DNA of 64,000 nucleotides from an uncultured Thermococci archaeon (GCA_964595645.1 CAZQQT010000011.1:2064-66063), one strand, 5' to 3'; shown: positions 39,133 through 49,215, counted from the stretch's first letter. The notes: a model not told the origin generated them from the letters alone. Numbers and translations: made by a program.

Positions 39133-39627
39133 TTAATCACCCAACACACCTTTCCTCACCTTAAAAACGCAGTGATCATTTCCTGTGGCAATACATTCCT
39201 TTTCTTCAACCACAATCTTCTCTCCAAATATTGACTCGATTAATCCAGAAATATACCCAGCTATAAATACACAAACCGGGAACTTCTGATCTTTTTTCAC
39301 GACATCGTTCCATTTTTTCCCAATGAATGAGTCGTATAAACGCACCTCGCCTTCAAAGGTGTCAAAATCTATATTATACTCGAATTCGCCCCATCCCCCT
39401 TTCAAATCCGTCTCCTGCGTTTTTTTTAATAATGTCACACCTTCTGATTTCGTAAGTTTTTTTTCTTTCCTCCCGAACAATCGTCCTGTTCGAGATCCTA
39501 CATTATACAAAAGAGAATGAGCCCCATTTTTCCCCAATAAGTCGTAAATACTACCAAAAATTGTTATTATCGTTCTATGGTCAAAAGCAACAACATCTAC
39601 GCCTTCTATCTCTAGGCTTTCACTCAT
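39133..39627 (-). CDS. V4R (4-vinyl reductase) domain protein
   Basis: C-terminal CVFIAGYISGLIESIFG...CIATGNDHCVF with the conserved Cys pattern of V4R. Confidence 0.65.
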   Translation of the reverse strand: MSESLEIEGVDVVAFDHRTIITIFGSIYDLLGKNGAHSLLYNVGSRTGRLFGRKEKKLTKSEGVTLLKKTQETDLKGGWGEFEYNIDFDTFEGEVRLYDSFIGKKWNDVVKKDQKFPVCVFIAGYISGLIESIFGEKIVVEEKECIATGNDHCVFKVRKGVLGD

Positions 39628-39677
39628 GTTATTTCATCTCTCTATTACTATATAAAACTTATCATTGATATAGAAAT

Positions 39678-40928
39678 TCATAAAAAATCTCGTGGATCTG
39701 TGATTTCTCCTGTGATTGCTGATGCTGCCACCGTTGCTGGCGACGCCAGATACACAAAGGCTTCCTTACAACCCATACGTCCTTTAAAGTTCCTGTTTGC
39801 AGTCGAGACACACACTTCGTCTGGGGCCAAAATGCCCTCATGTGCACCAAGACAGGGACCACAGTTTGGGTTCAAGATCATCGCACCTGCCTCCACAAGA
39901 TCAGCAATTACTCCTTCATTCACTGCATCCAGGTAAACCTCTCGCGATGCGGGTAATACCAAAAGTCGTACACTGTCATGCACTGTATTTCCTTTAAGGA
40001 TCTTCGCAGCTTCCTCCAAGTCCTCGAGTCGTCCATTGGTACATGTCCCAATCAGTGCCTGATCGATCTCCACATTAACATCGGTGACATCTTTCACATT
40101 ATCTACAGTGTGGGGGCATGCTACCCTCGGTGTGATGTCTTCAGCACTGTATTCCAGTTTCTTCGTGTACGCATCATCCAGCGGCTTCACTGATGTAATT
40201 TCCTCAGAAACACGGCTTTTTAGCCACTTTTCTGTTTTTTTATCAGCTGGAACAATCCCTGTCTTGGCTCCCATCTCTGCACTCATATTTGAAAGGACCA
40301 TTCTTCCTGGAATACTGAGGTGATCTATTGTCTCACCGTGGAACTCCACGGACATGTAGTTTGCTCCATCGGCCCGTACATCTCCAATGATATGGAGAAT
40401 AAGATCCTTTGCATAGACACCCTCCTCCAGCTCGCCATCCACAATAATTTTCATCGACTCGGGGACCTTCAGCCACAACTTGCCAGCAGCCATTATTGAT
40501 GCTGCTTCACTTCGTCCAATACCGGCAGAGAAGGCACCAAAGGCACCATAAGTAGTAGTATGAGAATCAGAACCGAGAATAAGCCTACCTGGCAGTACAT
40601 GACCCTTCTCAGGGACTACCTGATGACATATTCCTTCTTTTATATCGTAAAAATGTGTGATACGCTGTTCTTCAACAAACTCACGTATTGCCTTGTGATT
40701 CTTTGCGTAACTTTCATCAGCCGCTGGTACACAGTGATCGATTGGAATTACTATTTTTTTAGGGTTCCAGACTTTTTCTACACCAATAGAGTAGAATTTT
40801 TTAGATATTGCAGCAGTATTTTCATGTGTCAGTAAAATATCGGGTTCAGCCTCAATAATCTCATTTTCTTTCACTTTTTTTCCCGTTTTCTCTCCTAAAA
40901 TAGCCTTCGCTATTGTCATTTTTGACAC
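39678..40928 (-). CDS. leuC: Aconitase-family hydro-lyase large subunit (3-isopropylmalate or homoaconitate dehydratase)
   Basis: Cys-ligand regions (TCTNGRL, NCGPCLG). 416 aa, as for the archaeal LeuC/HacA large subunit. Confidence 0.8.
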   Translation of the reverse strand: MSKMTIAKAILGEKTGKKVKENEIIEAEPDILLTHENTAAISKKFYSIGVEKVWNPKKIVIPIDHCVPAADESYAKNHKAIREFVEEQRITHFYDIKEGICHQVVPEKGHVLPGRLILGSDSHTTTYGAFGAFSAGIGRSEAASIMAAGKLWLKVPESMKIIVDGELEEGVYAKDLILHIIGDVRADGANYMSVEFHGETIDHLSIPGRMVLSNMSAEMGAKTGIVPADKKTEKWLKSRVSEEITSVKPLDDAYTKKLEYSAEDITPRVACPHTVDNVKDVTDVNVEIDQALIGTCTNGRLEDLEEAAKILKGNTVHDSVRLLVLPASREVYLDAVNEGVIADLVEAGAMILNPNCGPCLGAHEGILAPDEVCVSTANRNFKGRMGCKEAFVYLASPATVAASAITGEITDPRDFL

Positions 40929-41033
40929 CTCATTATGCGTATAGTAATTTTTTTTGTAAGATATCTATTTAAAAGTTCCGCGGAGAAGAATAGATTTAAA
41001 TATTTAGGGAAACTATAGGGGTTAGGTGATTGA

Positions 41034-42638
41034 ATGGCAACGGTGGATAAAACGCTGGGAGATATTCTAGACGAAACTGCTGAAAAATTTCCGAACAGAG
41101 AAGTCATCATTTTTGAAGACAGAAGAATCACGTACAAGGAATTAAACGAAAAGGTAGACCAATTTGCCTCTGGGCTTGTAAAACTGGGAATTGAAAAGGG
41201 AGATAGAATAGGCCTGTGGATGTCCAATTACCCTGAATGGGTCATTGCGTACTTTGGGATTGCAAAGGCAGGAGGAATTGTCGTCCCAATGAACACCCGA
41301 TACAAAACCCACGAAGTGAAGTATATACTCAACAACTCACAAGCGAAAGGTATCATCATGTGCGATACTTTCGTGGGGATAGACTTCCTCGAAATGATAA
41401 ACAAAGTAAAGGGTGATCTTCCCAGTTTGGAACATATTATCGTCTTTGGAGAGCCTGAGGAAGACATGCGTGGATTTTATGAGATATGTGAGATGGGAAA
41501 AGACTGGGAAAATGACACTACACTGCAGAAGAGAAGAAAAAGTCTCGATCCGGACGAGTGCGTCTTTATTCTCTATACCTCCGGTACTACCGGGGCCCCA
41601 AAGGGCGCCATGTTATCTCACAATAATATTGGTACCAACGCCCGGGACGTTACCGGCGTATTAAAAACAACAGAAGAGGATAAATTCCTGCTTGCTGTAC
41701 CCTTCTTCCACTGTTTTGGCTGTGTCATGGGAATTCTCGGAAGCATAGTGTATGGGGCTTCAATGGTACCGATGGTCGTTTTTAAAGCGGAGAAAGCCAT
41801 GGAACTCGTTGAACAAGAGGATATCTCAATACTCTACGGTGTCCCTACAATGTTTGTCCTGGAGCTGGAAGCCTACAGAAAGTACAAGTACGATGTTGAC
41901 TCCCTGAGAACGGGAATTATGGCGGGAGCACCGTGTCCCGAAGAGGTAATGGAAGGTGTCATGAACGAGATGGGCTGTAATGTATCCATTGCCTACGGAC
42001 TGACAGAAGCATCCCCCGTAATCACCATGACGAGGTTCGACGACAGTCTAGAGAAACGAGTGAAAACTGTTGGGAAGCCGCTTCCCGATATCGAGGTAAA
42101 AATAGCCGATGATCGACACAATGAAGTGCCAGTAGGCACCAGAGGGGAACTTGCCTGCAGAGGGTACAATGTGATGCTGGGCTACTACAAGATGCCTGAT
42201 AAGACAGAACAGGCCATCGATGATGAAGGATGGCTGTACTCCGGTGATCTCGCAATGGAAGACGAGGACGGATACTATATTATTACCGGCAGGAAAAAAG
42301 ACATGATACTTGTCGGTGGATTCAACGTCTACCCCCGTGAGATAGAAGAGTTCCTCTTCACCCACCCGAAGATCCAGAATGTTTCTGTAATCGGTGTGCC
42401 CGACGATGTCTTTGGCGAAGTTGTGATGGTGTACGCAATACCAAAAGATGGCGTGGACTTGAAACCAGAAGAGATAGTTAGGTTTTGCGAGGACGAAATA
42501 GCGAACTTTAAGGTGCCGAGATACGTGAAGATCGTAGATGAGATGCCCATGACAGCATCCGGGAAGATTCAAAAGTTCAAGCTTCGGGAGGAAGCAGAGA
42601 AACTGGTGAAAGAAGGGGCATTAGCAAAACTAAAGTAA
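41034..42638 (+). CDS. AMP-forming acyl-CoA synthetase
   Basis: LYTSGTTGAPKGAM AMP-binding motif and C-terminal GKIQKFKL. Confidence 0.85.
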   Translation: MATVDKTLGDILDETAEKFPNREVIIFEDRRITYKELNEKVDQFASGLVKLGIEKGDRIGLWMSNYPEWVIAYFGIAKAGGIVVPMNTRYKTHEVKYILNNSQAKGIIMCDTFVGIDFLEMINKVKGDLPSLEHIIVFGEPEEDMRGFYEICEMGKDWENDTTLQKRRKSLDPDECVFILYTSGTTGAPKGAMLSHNNIGTNARDVTGVLKTTEEDKFLLAVPFFHCFGCVMGILGSIVYGASMVPMVVFKAEKAMELVEQEDISILYGVPTMFVLELEAYRKYKYDVDSLRTGIMAGAPCPEEVMEGVMNEMGCNVSIAYGLTEASPVITMTRFDDSLEKRVKTVGKPLPDIEVKIADDRHNEVPVGTRGELACRGYNVMLGYYKMPDKTEQAIDDEGWLYSGDLAMEDEDGYYIITGRKKDMILVGGFNVYPREIEEFLFTHPKIQNVSVIGVPDDVFGEVVMVYAIPKDGVDLKPEEIVRFCEDEIANFKVPRYVKIVDEMPMTASGKIQKFKLREEAEKLVKEGALAKLK

Positions 42639-43196
42639 TTTCTCTAATTTTTTATTTAATCTTTTCAACTTTTTTCTACTTCTTTTTAGAGCATTATTAG
42701 CATATTTAACAAGAATTTTCAGGTGCTTTTCATCTGCAAGGAGCTCTTTTTCACCAAGTGGTACATCTATTCTTTCTGTTGAGAGTATCTCCACAATAGT
42801 CCTTTCATTAATTGATTTTATCCCACTATTCTTAAATCCGGAGGAAAAAGAAAGGTTTAGTAGCCTCCTAGCACTTGTGATATCCCGCGAGGCGATGTGC
42901 AGTATCGGAGACTGGGAAATAAGAAAGGTTACACCAGAGTCTCGAAACTCCAACGCGTCCAGCAGTTCCTCATACTCCACGGGGTTGTGCCACTTCCTGA
43001 GAAATGTCGCATTCTTTTTTCCTCCCAACGCAGGCAGCCAGATCAGCACAATTCTTCCTGCACAGCTTGAAGTAGTGTAATATGCCTCATGGGCATTGAT
43101 GAGTTCTAGTGTTTCTCGTATCGCTGGATCCACCTTTCCTTCAGCAACAGCATTCTCGAGATTCTGCATGGTCTCTTCTTTTTCCCTCTCAAACAT
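42630..43196 (-). CDS. taw3: tRNA wyosine-derivative methyltransferase Taw3 (TYW3 family)
   Basis: YYTTSSCAGRI, matching the S(S/T)CSGR signature. Confidence 0.65.
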   Translation of the reverse strand: MFEREKEETMQNLENAVAEGKVDPAIRETLELINAHEAYYTTSSCAGRIVLIWLPALGGKKNATFLRKWHNPVEYEELLDALEFRDSGVTFLISQSPILHIASRDITSARRLLNLSFSSGFKNSGIKSINERTIVEILSTERIDVPLGEKELLADEKHLKILVKYANNALKRSRKKLKRLNKKLEKLL

Positions 43197-43934
43197 TCAT
43201 ATCTCCATAGGTGCAAGGTAGAATCGAAGCGAGAGTCCCCCATTTACACTTTCCATTCGTAATGGTGTGTCTTTTTTTCCAAAGAATAGATCGATATACT
43301 CAACAGACTTAGAAGTTTTTAAAAAGCTTTCAATATAATTCAGATTAAACTTACTCCTGCATGCCGTCTTCACGGTAAACTTATCCAACGCACTATTATC
43401 CTTGGACACCGTGACAGAACTCTTCACTCCATCTTCTTCAGAATAGAATGTTACCTCCTCAGGTTCTGCCTCAATAATAAAAGAGCTTCCTACGACTGCA
43501 ATATCTTTCATAAGACTACTGAATACATCCCCGCGTATTCGTAGGGAAACAAGAGGATCGACACTTATCTGTGGCAGTGATTCTGCAAAATCCAACAGGG
43601 GGATTCGAAAGTATCGCTCTACAAAATTGCGAATCATGAACTCAAGATACTTGTCCTCGAGGGTGATGGAAATTTCATCATCAGTCTGCATTCTTCTCGC
43701 TATTTTTTTCATTAAATTCATATCAAGATGAAATTCAGAATTTGAATCTGTTTTATAATGAGAAAAGACATTTTTTTTCGCTTTAACTTCTATTTTACAG
43801 ATGACGGATGGATCGGATGCCTCCATCCTAAAATGATCACTTGTCACATAAAAAGAAGCGGTGTCTACGAGATCAGAAACTCCATCAATTAGATCTCTCA
43901 ATGTCACCGAATCAGACCACGCACACCTAAACAT
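43197..43934 (-). CDS. pcn: DNA polymerase sliding clamp PCNA
   Basis: 245 aa, two-domain charge pattern, C-terminal ...RFYLAPMEI. Confidence 0.7.
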   Translation of the reverse strand: MFRCAWSDSVTLRDLIDGVSDLVDTASFYVTSDHFRMEASDPSVICKIEVKAKKNVFSHYKTDSNSEFHLDMNLMKKIARRMQTDDEISITLEDKYLEFMIRNFVERYFRIPLLDFAESLPQISVDPLVSLRIRGDVFSSLMKDIAVVGSSFIIEAEPEEVTFYSEEDGVKSSVTVSKDNSALDKFTVKTACRSKFNLNYIESFLKTSKSVEYIDLFFGKKDTPLRMESVNGGLSLRFYLAPMEI

Positions 43935-44076
43935 GCTATCACTTCAAATAAATCTTACGCATTAAACACTGTACGATGTACGGAGCCTGCATATTAAAAA
44001 CTTTCTGATCACAAAAGGACAGATTGCATATATGAAATATATGCACTAATAAAATTGAAATAAAAAAAAGAGATAA

Positions 44077-44253
44077 TTACTCTATTTTGGCTATGAAGAA
44101 GCAAAATGCACCTACGGCTATCAAAATAACCCCTATCATTCCTTTAAATACTACTTTTAGCTCCTCCCACCATCCTAATCCTTGAGGGATTATAGTATAA
44201 AGTCCCACAATCACCAGCACAATTCCTATTAGTATCCACAGTATTTTATTCAT
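44077..44253 (-). CDS. Unlisted 58-aa two-TM small protein
   Basis: Hand-translated: MNKILWILIGIVLVIVGLYTIIPQGLGWWEELKVVFKGMIGVILIAVGAFCFFIAKIE. Below the 60-aa track cutoff. Confidence 0.35.
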   Translation of the reverse strand: MNKILWILIGIVLVIVGLYTIIPQGLGWWEELKVVFKGMIGVILIAVGAFCFFIAKIE

Positions 44254-44415
44254 GGTATCACCTTTTTTTCTTTCTTTGTCTTTTTATATTTATATTTTTT
44301 GGTTTCCTTTTTCTTCTTCGTATTTCACAGATGACAAATCATGGGGTTTCTTCCTACCAAAAGGTTTAAATTTGCAGGGGTACTATGTTCTTTTCGTTGT
44401 AAAATAACGGTGACC

Positions 44416-44817
44416 ATGATGAAGGAGTATAATATAGTGAGATTGAAAGGAAACAAGATGAAGATACCTGAAGGAGTTTTTGAAGCATTAAACCTAGATA
44501 AATATGAATATGTCCTCATAGAAACAGATTTAGACGAAAAAGAGTCGATAATATCTCCTTTGGCGGCAAAAGGCAGCAATTTAGTGGAGATGAATCTGGT
44601 GTTAAAAAACATTCCAGGAGCCATTGCGAAAGTCGATCTTTTCCTTGGAGAAAATGTTATTAACATCCTGTATGAAGAAGCTGAAATGATAAATGACGAT
44701 ACGGCTGCTGCCGTGAGACTCGTAGACATGTCAAAGAGCAAATCAAGTATAGAGGAGATTAAAAAGCATCTTCAAAATTTAGATGTTGTAAAGGATTTTG
44801 AAGTAATAGAAGTCTAA
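44416..44817 (+). CDS. ACT-domain protein with an N-terminal swapped-hairpin (AbrB-like) segment
   Basis: Start moved to MMKEYNIVRLKGNKMKIPEG. ACT-like GAIAKVDLFLGENVINILYEE. Confidence 0.4.
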   Translation: MMKEYNIVRLKGNKMKIPEGVFEALNLDKYEYVLIETDLDEKESIISPLAAKGSNLVEMNLVLKNIPGAIAKVDLFLGENVINILYEEAEMINDDTAAAVRLVDMSKSKSSIEEIKKHLQNLDVVKDFEVIEV

Positions 44818-45134
44818 GATTCAAAAAGTATCTTTATCCTATCTCTAAGGAATTTTTCTCCTTCTGCTAGGAGTTTTTCTCCTTCTTCTGTTATATAATA
44901 ATACTTTCTCCTCGGATTTGTATCCTCATCACCCCACTTTGTAGTGACATATCCTCCCCGTTTGAGTCTGTACAGCACAACGTATGACGTAATAGTGGCT
45001 GGTTCCCAATCAAATCGATCCATAATCTCCTTTTTAAGCTGATATGCGTACATTGGTTTTTCTTTGAGGATGGTCAGGACATACAGCCACATGACCTCCT
45101 TTGTCATTTTTCTCTTCAACCTGTCAAGGGGCAT
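44814..45134 (-). CDS. PadR-family transcriptional regulator
   Basis: WLYVLTILKEKPMYAYQLKKEI...YVVLYRLKRGGYV. Start set at the internal MPLDRL. Confidence 0.75.
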   Translation of the reverse strand: MPLDRLKRKMTKEVMWLYVLTILKEKPMYAYQLKKEIMDRFDWEPATITSYVVLYRLKRGGYVTTKWGDEDTNPRRKYYYITEEGEKLLAEGEKFLRDRIKILFES

Positions 45135-45242
45135 TGTACCACCATAGTACCATAAATTTATAGAGTTTAAATGTTTTATGGGCATAAAATATTTAAAGTC
45201 TATGGTAAGATAGTCATACCAGAACATCAAAAGGTGATTCTT

Positions 45243-46319
45243 ATGGGTGAGATACGACTTGCAATAGCAGGAATAGGAAACTGTGCGTCCTCTCTAATAC
45301 AGGGACTCCAGTATTATAAAGGTATCAACGAGAACGATGAAATTGTTCCTGGGTTGATGCATAATATCTTTGGAGATTATAAAATAAAAGATATCATCCC
45401 TGTAGCAGCATTTGATGTGGATGCACGAAAGGTAAACAGGCCTCTGGAAGAAGCGATATTCACAGGTGAGAACTGTACACTCACCTTCTCAGAGCCGCCG
45501 GAAACGGATGTTGTTGTTCAAAAGGGGGAAGTATTGGATGGTATTGGGAAATACCTCAGTAAAAAAATACCTGTGGATAAAAATCAAGAGCCTGTGAATG
45601 TGGCAGCAGTGCTGGAAGAGACCAATGCAGATATGCTTATAAATTACATGCCTGTAGGGAGTGAAAAGGCTTCCAGATACTATGCTGAACAGTGTATAAA
45701 ATCGGGGACTGCCTTTGTGAACGCAATGCCTGCATTCATTGTTTCGGGAGATACATGGCCCGAAAAGTTCGAAGATGCTGGATTGCCCTGTGCAGGAGAC
45801 GATATAAAGAGTCAGGTAGGCGCCACCATTCTTCACAGAGTACTCGCCCAGCTACTACTGGACAGAGGAGTAAAAATTGATGAAAGCTACCAACTTAATA
45901 TTGGAGGAAACACCGATTTCTACAACATGCTGGAAGAGGAAAGGCTTAAATCAAAAAGAATTAGTAAAACGAATGCAGTACAAAGTCTTATCCCCTACAA
46001 AATCCCATTACGGATAGGACCTTCCGACTACGTAGAGTTTCTCGGTGATAACAAGGTCTGCCATATATACATGAGGGGGAAGAAGTTTGGGGATGTCCCA
46101 CTCACTATCGATCTGAAACTTAGTGTGGAAGACTCGCCCAACTCAGCTGGTGTGATGATAGACGCCATCAGAGCAACAAAGATCGCGCTGGATAGAGGCG
46201 TGAGCGGCCAACTCACCTCAATTTCTGCATATAGCTTCAAGCATCCGCCAGAACAGTACCCGGACTCGATAGCAAAGGAAATGGTCGAGGAGTTCATCCA
46301 CGGAGAACGGGAGAGATAG
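45243..46319 (+). CDS. ino1: myo-Inositol-1-phosphate synthase
   Basis: IRLAIAGIGNCASSLIQG Rossmann motif characteristic of the MIPS family. Start set at MGEIRL. Confidence 0.65.
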   Translation: MGEIRLAIAGIGNCASSLIQGLQYYKGINENDEIVPGLMHNIFGDYKIKDIIPVAAFDVDARKVNRPLEEAIFTGENCTLTFSEPPETDVVVQKGEVLDGIGKYLSKKIPVDKNQEPVNVAAVLEETNADMLINYMPVGSEKASRYYAEQCIKSGTAFVNAMPAFIVSGDTWPEKFEDAGLPCAGDDIKSQVGATILHRVLAQLLLDRGVKIDESYQLNIGGNTDFYNMLEEERLKSKRISKTNAVQSLIPYKIPLRIGPSDYVEFLGDNKVCHIYMRGKKFGDVPLTIDLKLSVEDSPNSAGVMIDAIRATKIALDRGVSGQLTSISAYSFKHPPEQYPDSIAKEMVEEFIHGERER

Positions 46320-46357
46320 TAGAAATTTTCTTATATAATCTAACTGAGGAGAATGTC

Positions 46358-46804
46358 ATGTCAGATAAAATAAAAATGGGGATTATTATCTGTGATCGTT
46401 GGAATACATGCGCCGGCGGTAAGTGTCTGCGGTCTCTTCACAATAGAGAGGGAGCGTTCAGTATCTACAAAGAGAAAGAAGTAGAACTGGTGGGATACAC
46501 CACGTGTGGTGGATGTCCCGGCGGGAATGTCGAGTATGCACCTAAAGAAATGAAAAAGAACGGTGCAGAGGTAGTACACTTAGCCACGGGACTTGTAGTG
46601 GGATATCCTCCCTGTCCATACATCGACCACTTCTGTAAATTTATCCAGGAAAAATATGGAATGGACGTCGTGATCGGTACCCACCCGATTCCGCAAAATT
46701 ACTACCTCACCCACACAAACCTGGGTACATGGGATTCGCCCGTGTGGAAAAAAAGGATTGCCCCCGCACTCACAGATAAAGAAACTCGAGTGAAGTATGA
46801 CTAA
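46358..46804 (+). CDS. CGGC-domain protein
   Basis: GYTTCGGCPGG plus additional conserved Cys residues. Confidence 0.6.
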   Translation: MSDKIKMGIIICDRWNTCAGGKCLRSLHNREGAFSIYKEKEVELVGYTTCGGCPGGNVEYAPKEMKKNGAEVVHLATGLVVGYPPCPYIDHFCKFIQEKYGMDVVIGTHPIPQNYYLTHTNLGTWDSPVWKKRIAPALTDKETRVKYD

Positions 46805-46844
46805 GGAGAAAAAGCTATATATGAACTAAGTTTTTATTTTCATT

Positions 46845-47870
46845 ATGAATCTCGAAGAGATACCAAGAGTAAAGATAGGAAGAATACCTACACCGCTGGA
46901 AAAACTGCCAAACCTATCAAAAGAGCTTGATCTTCCCAGATTGTATATCAAACGAGATGATATGACGGGTATTGGGTACGGTGGTAATAAAATAAGAAAA
47001 CTGGAATTTCTTCTCGCAGATGCCATAGAAAGAGGTGCAGACACAATTATCACCACAGGAGGGGTGCAGTCCAATTTCACACGGGAAACCGCAGCCTGTA
47101 CAGCGAAGCTCGGGTTGCATACAGTGCTTGTACTTATCGGCGAGGAACCAGAGGAGTACCGAGGGAACCTTCTCCTTGAAAAACTTATGGGAGCTGAGAT
47201 ACATTTTGTTTGTGCAGAAGGTCTCGATGAGGGTGCAAAAAAAGCGGAAGAACGCATGGCTGCATTAAAAGAGAAATACGAGGCAGAAGATCGCAGATGC
47301 TACATTATGCCCATGGGTGGTGCGACGCCCATCGGTTGTCTTGGATTCACCAACGCATTCGTAGAAATGGAGGAACAGGTGAAAAATCGCGACATTGATG
47401 CAGACTACATCATTCACGCCACAGGCTCAGGTGGAACACAAGCAGGACTTCTCGCTGGAAAGGCAATGACAAACTCATCTATAGAAATCATAGGCATCAG
47501 AGTAGGAGGAATGTTTGAGCCCTTTGAAAGAATGGTAGCGGAGATGGCACAGGAGACAGCCGATCTTCTAGATGTTGAGCGTCCCATCGCTGAAGATGAC
47601 GTGATTGCATATAAAGAGTTCATGGGAGAGGGATACGATATCCCCACAGAAGAAGCAAACGCTGCAATAAAACTAATGGCACAGAAAGAAGCAATCTTCC
47701 TCGACCCTGTCTATACGGGGAAGGCGATGGCCGGACTACTGGAGTTGGTGGAACGCGGTGAGATTAACCGGGACGATACCATCATTTTCTGGCATACCGG
47801 AGGAGATCCCGCACTTTTCGTGGGCGAGGAACTGCTTGGGAAAACATTCATGAAGGAGCTGAAAACATGA
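46845..47870 (+). CDS. PLP-dependent ACC deaminase / D-cysteine desulfhydrase-family protein
   Basis: RIPTPLEKLPNLS...LYIKRDDMTGIGYGGNKIRKLEFLLADA. Confidence 0.8.
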   Translation: MNLEEIPRVKIGRIPTPLEKLPNLSKELDLPRLYIKRDDMTGIGYGGNKIRKLEFLLADAIERGADTIITTGGVQSNFTRETAACTAKLGLHTVLVLIGEEPEEYRGNLLLEKLMGAEIHFVCAEGLDEGAKKAEERMAALKEKYEAEDRRCYIMPMGGATPIGCLGFTNAFVEMEEQVKNRDIDADYIIHATGSGGTQAGLLAGKAMTNSSIEIIGIRVGGMFEPFERMVAEMAQETADLLDVERPIAEDDVIAYKEFMGEGYDIPTEEANAAIKLMAQKEAIFLDPVYTGKAMAGLLELVERGEINRDDTIIFWHTGGDPALFVGEELLGKTFMKELKT

Positions 47871-47910
47871 GATCGAAAAGTTTAAACATTGCTATGTCTC
47901 ATATAATACT

Positions 47911-48195
47911 ATGGAAAGTTCTGAAGAATTGAAGGAGAAGATACGGCCGATCCTCAAAAAATGGGGGGTTGAAAAAGCAGCTATATTTGGCTCTTATGTG
48001 AGAGGAAAGGCGCAAAAGGGTAGTGATGTAGATATTTTAGTAGAAATTGATGAAGAATTAAGTTTAATAGACCTCATAGAGCTTAAAATTCAAATTGAAG
48101 ATAGTATTGGAAAGAAGGTAGATCTCGTAGAATACTCTACCATAAAACCCGCACTAAAAGAAAGAATACTAGAGGAACAGGAAACAATAATATGA
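47911..48195 (+). CDS. Minimal nucleotidyltransferase (MNT antitoxin)
   Basis: [23 protein letters not shown]. Confidence 0.8.
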   Translation: MESSEELKEKIRPILKKWGVEKAAIFGSYVRGKAQKGSDVDILVEIDEELSLIDLIELKIQIEDSIGKKVDLVEYSTIKPALKERILEEQETII

Positions 48196-48545
48196 AAAAA
48201 AATTGCAGGGTCTATTTAGAAGATATTTTAGAATCTACTGAAAGGATAGAAGAGTATATTGATAAGATAGATGAATCTGAATTTTATAGGAATCATCAGG
48301 CACAAGATGCTGTTGCACGACGACGGGAAATAATTGGAGAAGCGGTAAAGAGGATGCCCAACGAAGTAAGAAATGAGTATTCTACTGTCCCATGGCGAAA
48401 GATAGCAGGATTACGAGATGTACTGATTCACGGATGCTCTACTGTAAACTTTAAAAGAGTGTGGAAGGTACTTGTGACAGACATGCCTGAATTAAAAACG
48501 CAGATTGCAAAAATCATTGAAGACCTGGAGGCATCGAAAACATGA
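48192..48545 (+). CDS. HepT/DUF86 HEPN-domain toxin
   Basis: [12 protein letters not shown] (R-x4-HxY-type motif), ~117 aa. 4-nt overlap with the MNT gene. Confidence 0.7.
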   Translation: MKKNCRVYLEDILESTERIEEYIDKIDESEFYRNHQAQDAVARRREIIGEAVKRMPNEVRNEYSTVPWRKIAGLRDVLIHGCSTVNFKRVWKVLVTDMPELKTQIAKIIEDLEASKT

Positions 48546-49144
48546 GCCTATCAATGCGACCGGATGCCATTCTCTTCGATATGGATGGCGTACTAATTGA
48601 CTCCTTTGAATCATGGCGACACGCGCTCAACGCAGCATTACAAGCTTTTGATCAAGAAGAAATCAGCGAAGGCAAGTTTAAAAGCACATATTGGGGTCAC
48701 GATCTACGCACAGTCCTCGAAAATATGGGACTTGATGTGAGAATCGCCACATTCTGTAATACTATCTATACCGAGCATGTAGATGAAATTCACCTATTCT
48801 CCAAGACGAAAGATACGCTACGCAGACTGGACTCGTACAAAAAAGCGATTATCACCAATACACCGAAGCATTGTACGCGGCATATACTGAAAAAGTTTGG
48901 AATTGGAAAATATTTTGACACGATTGTCACGAGCGCTGAAGTAGAACAGGGGAAACCCCATCCCGATATGATCTTTAGAGCATGTGAGTTATTGCACGTC
49001 GATCCTTCCGACACAGTGTTAGTAGGAGATACGGAAAGCGACGTGAAGGCGGGGAGAGCTGCAGGATGTATGGTAGTAGGAATTAATACCGAGGCTGACT
49101 ATACAATCTCTTCTATAGTAGGAATACTGGAACTGGTGGAGTGA
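48542..49144 (+). CDS. HAD-IA-family hydrolase
   Basis: [12 protein letters not shown] motif I, ITNT motif II, VGDTESD motif IV. Start overlaps the HepT stop. Confidence 0.8.
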   Translation: MSLSMRPDAILFDMDGVLIDSFESWRHALNAALQAFDQEEISEGKFKSTYWGHDLRTVLENMGLDVRIATFCNTIYTEHVDEIHLFSKTKDTLRRLDSYKKAIITNTPKHCTRHILKKFGIGKYFDTIVTSAEVEQGKPHPDMIFRACELLHVDPSDTVLVGDTESDVKAGRAAGCMVVGINTEADYTISSIVGILELVE

Positions 49145-49215
49145 TTCATCTAAATTGTAATATTTGTACTCTCTTTTTAAATTTTATAAATTATTTTCAG
49201 TTCTTGCATCGGAGT

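Noticed and set aside
36562-39627. Possibility that the tRNA-CAT-adjacent region is an intact integrated virus or plasmid
   Set aside because: No integrase, replication initiator or capsid-like gene is present, and no direct repeat of the tRNA 3' end was noticed by eye. Only the truncated HD gene hints at an old event.
42048-42572. 174-aa minus-strand ORF
   Set aside because: Antisense to the acyl-CoA synthetase gene.
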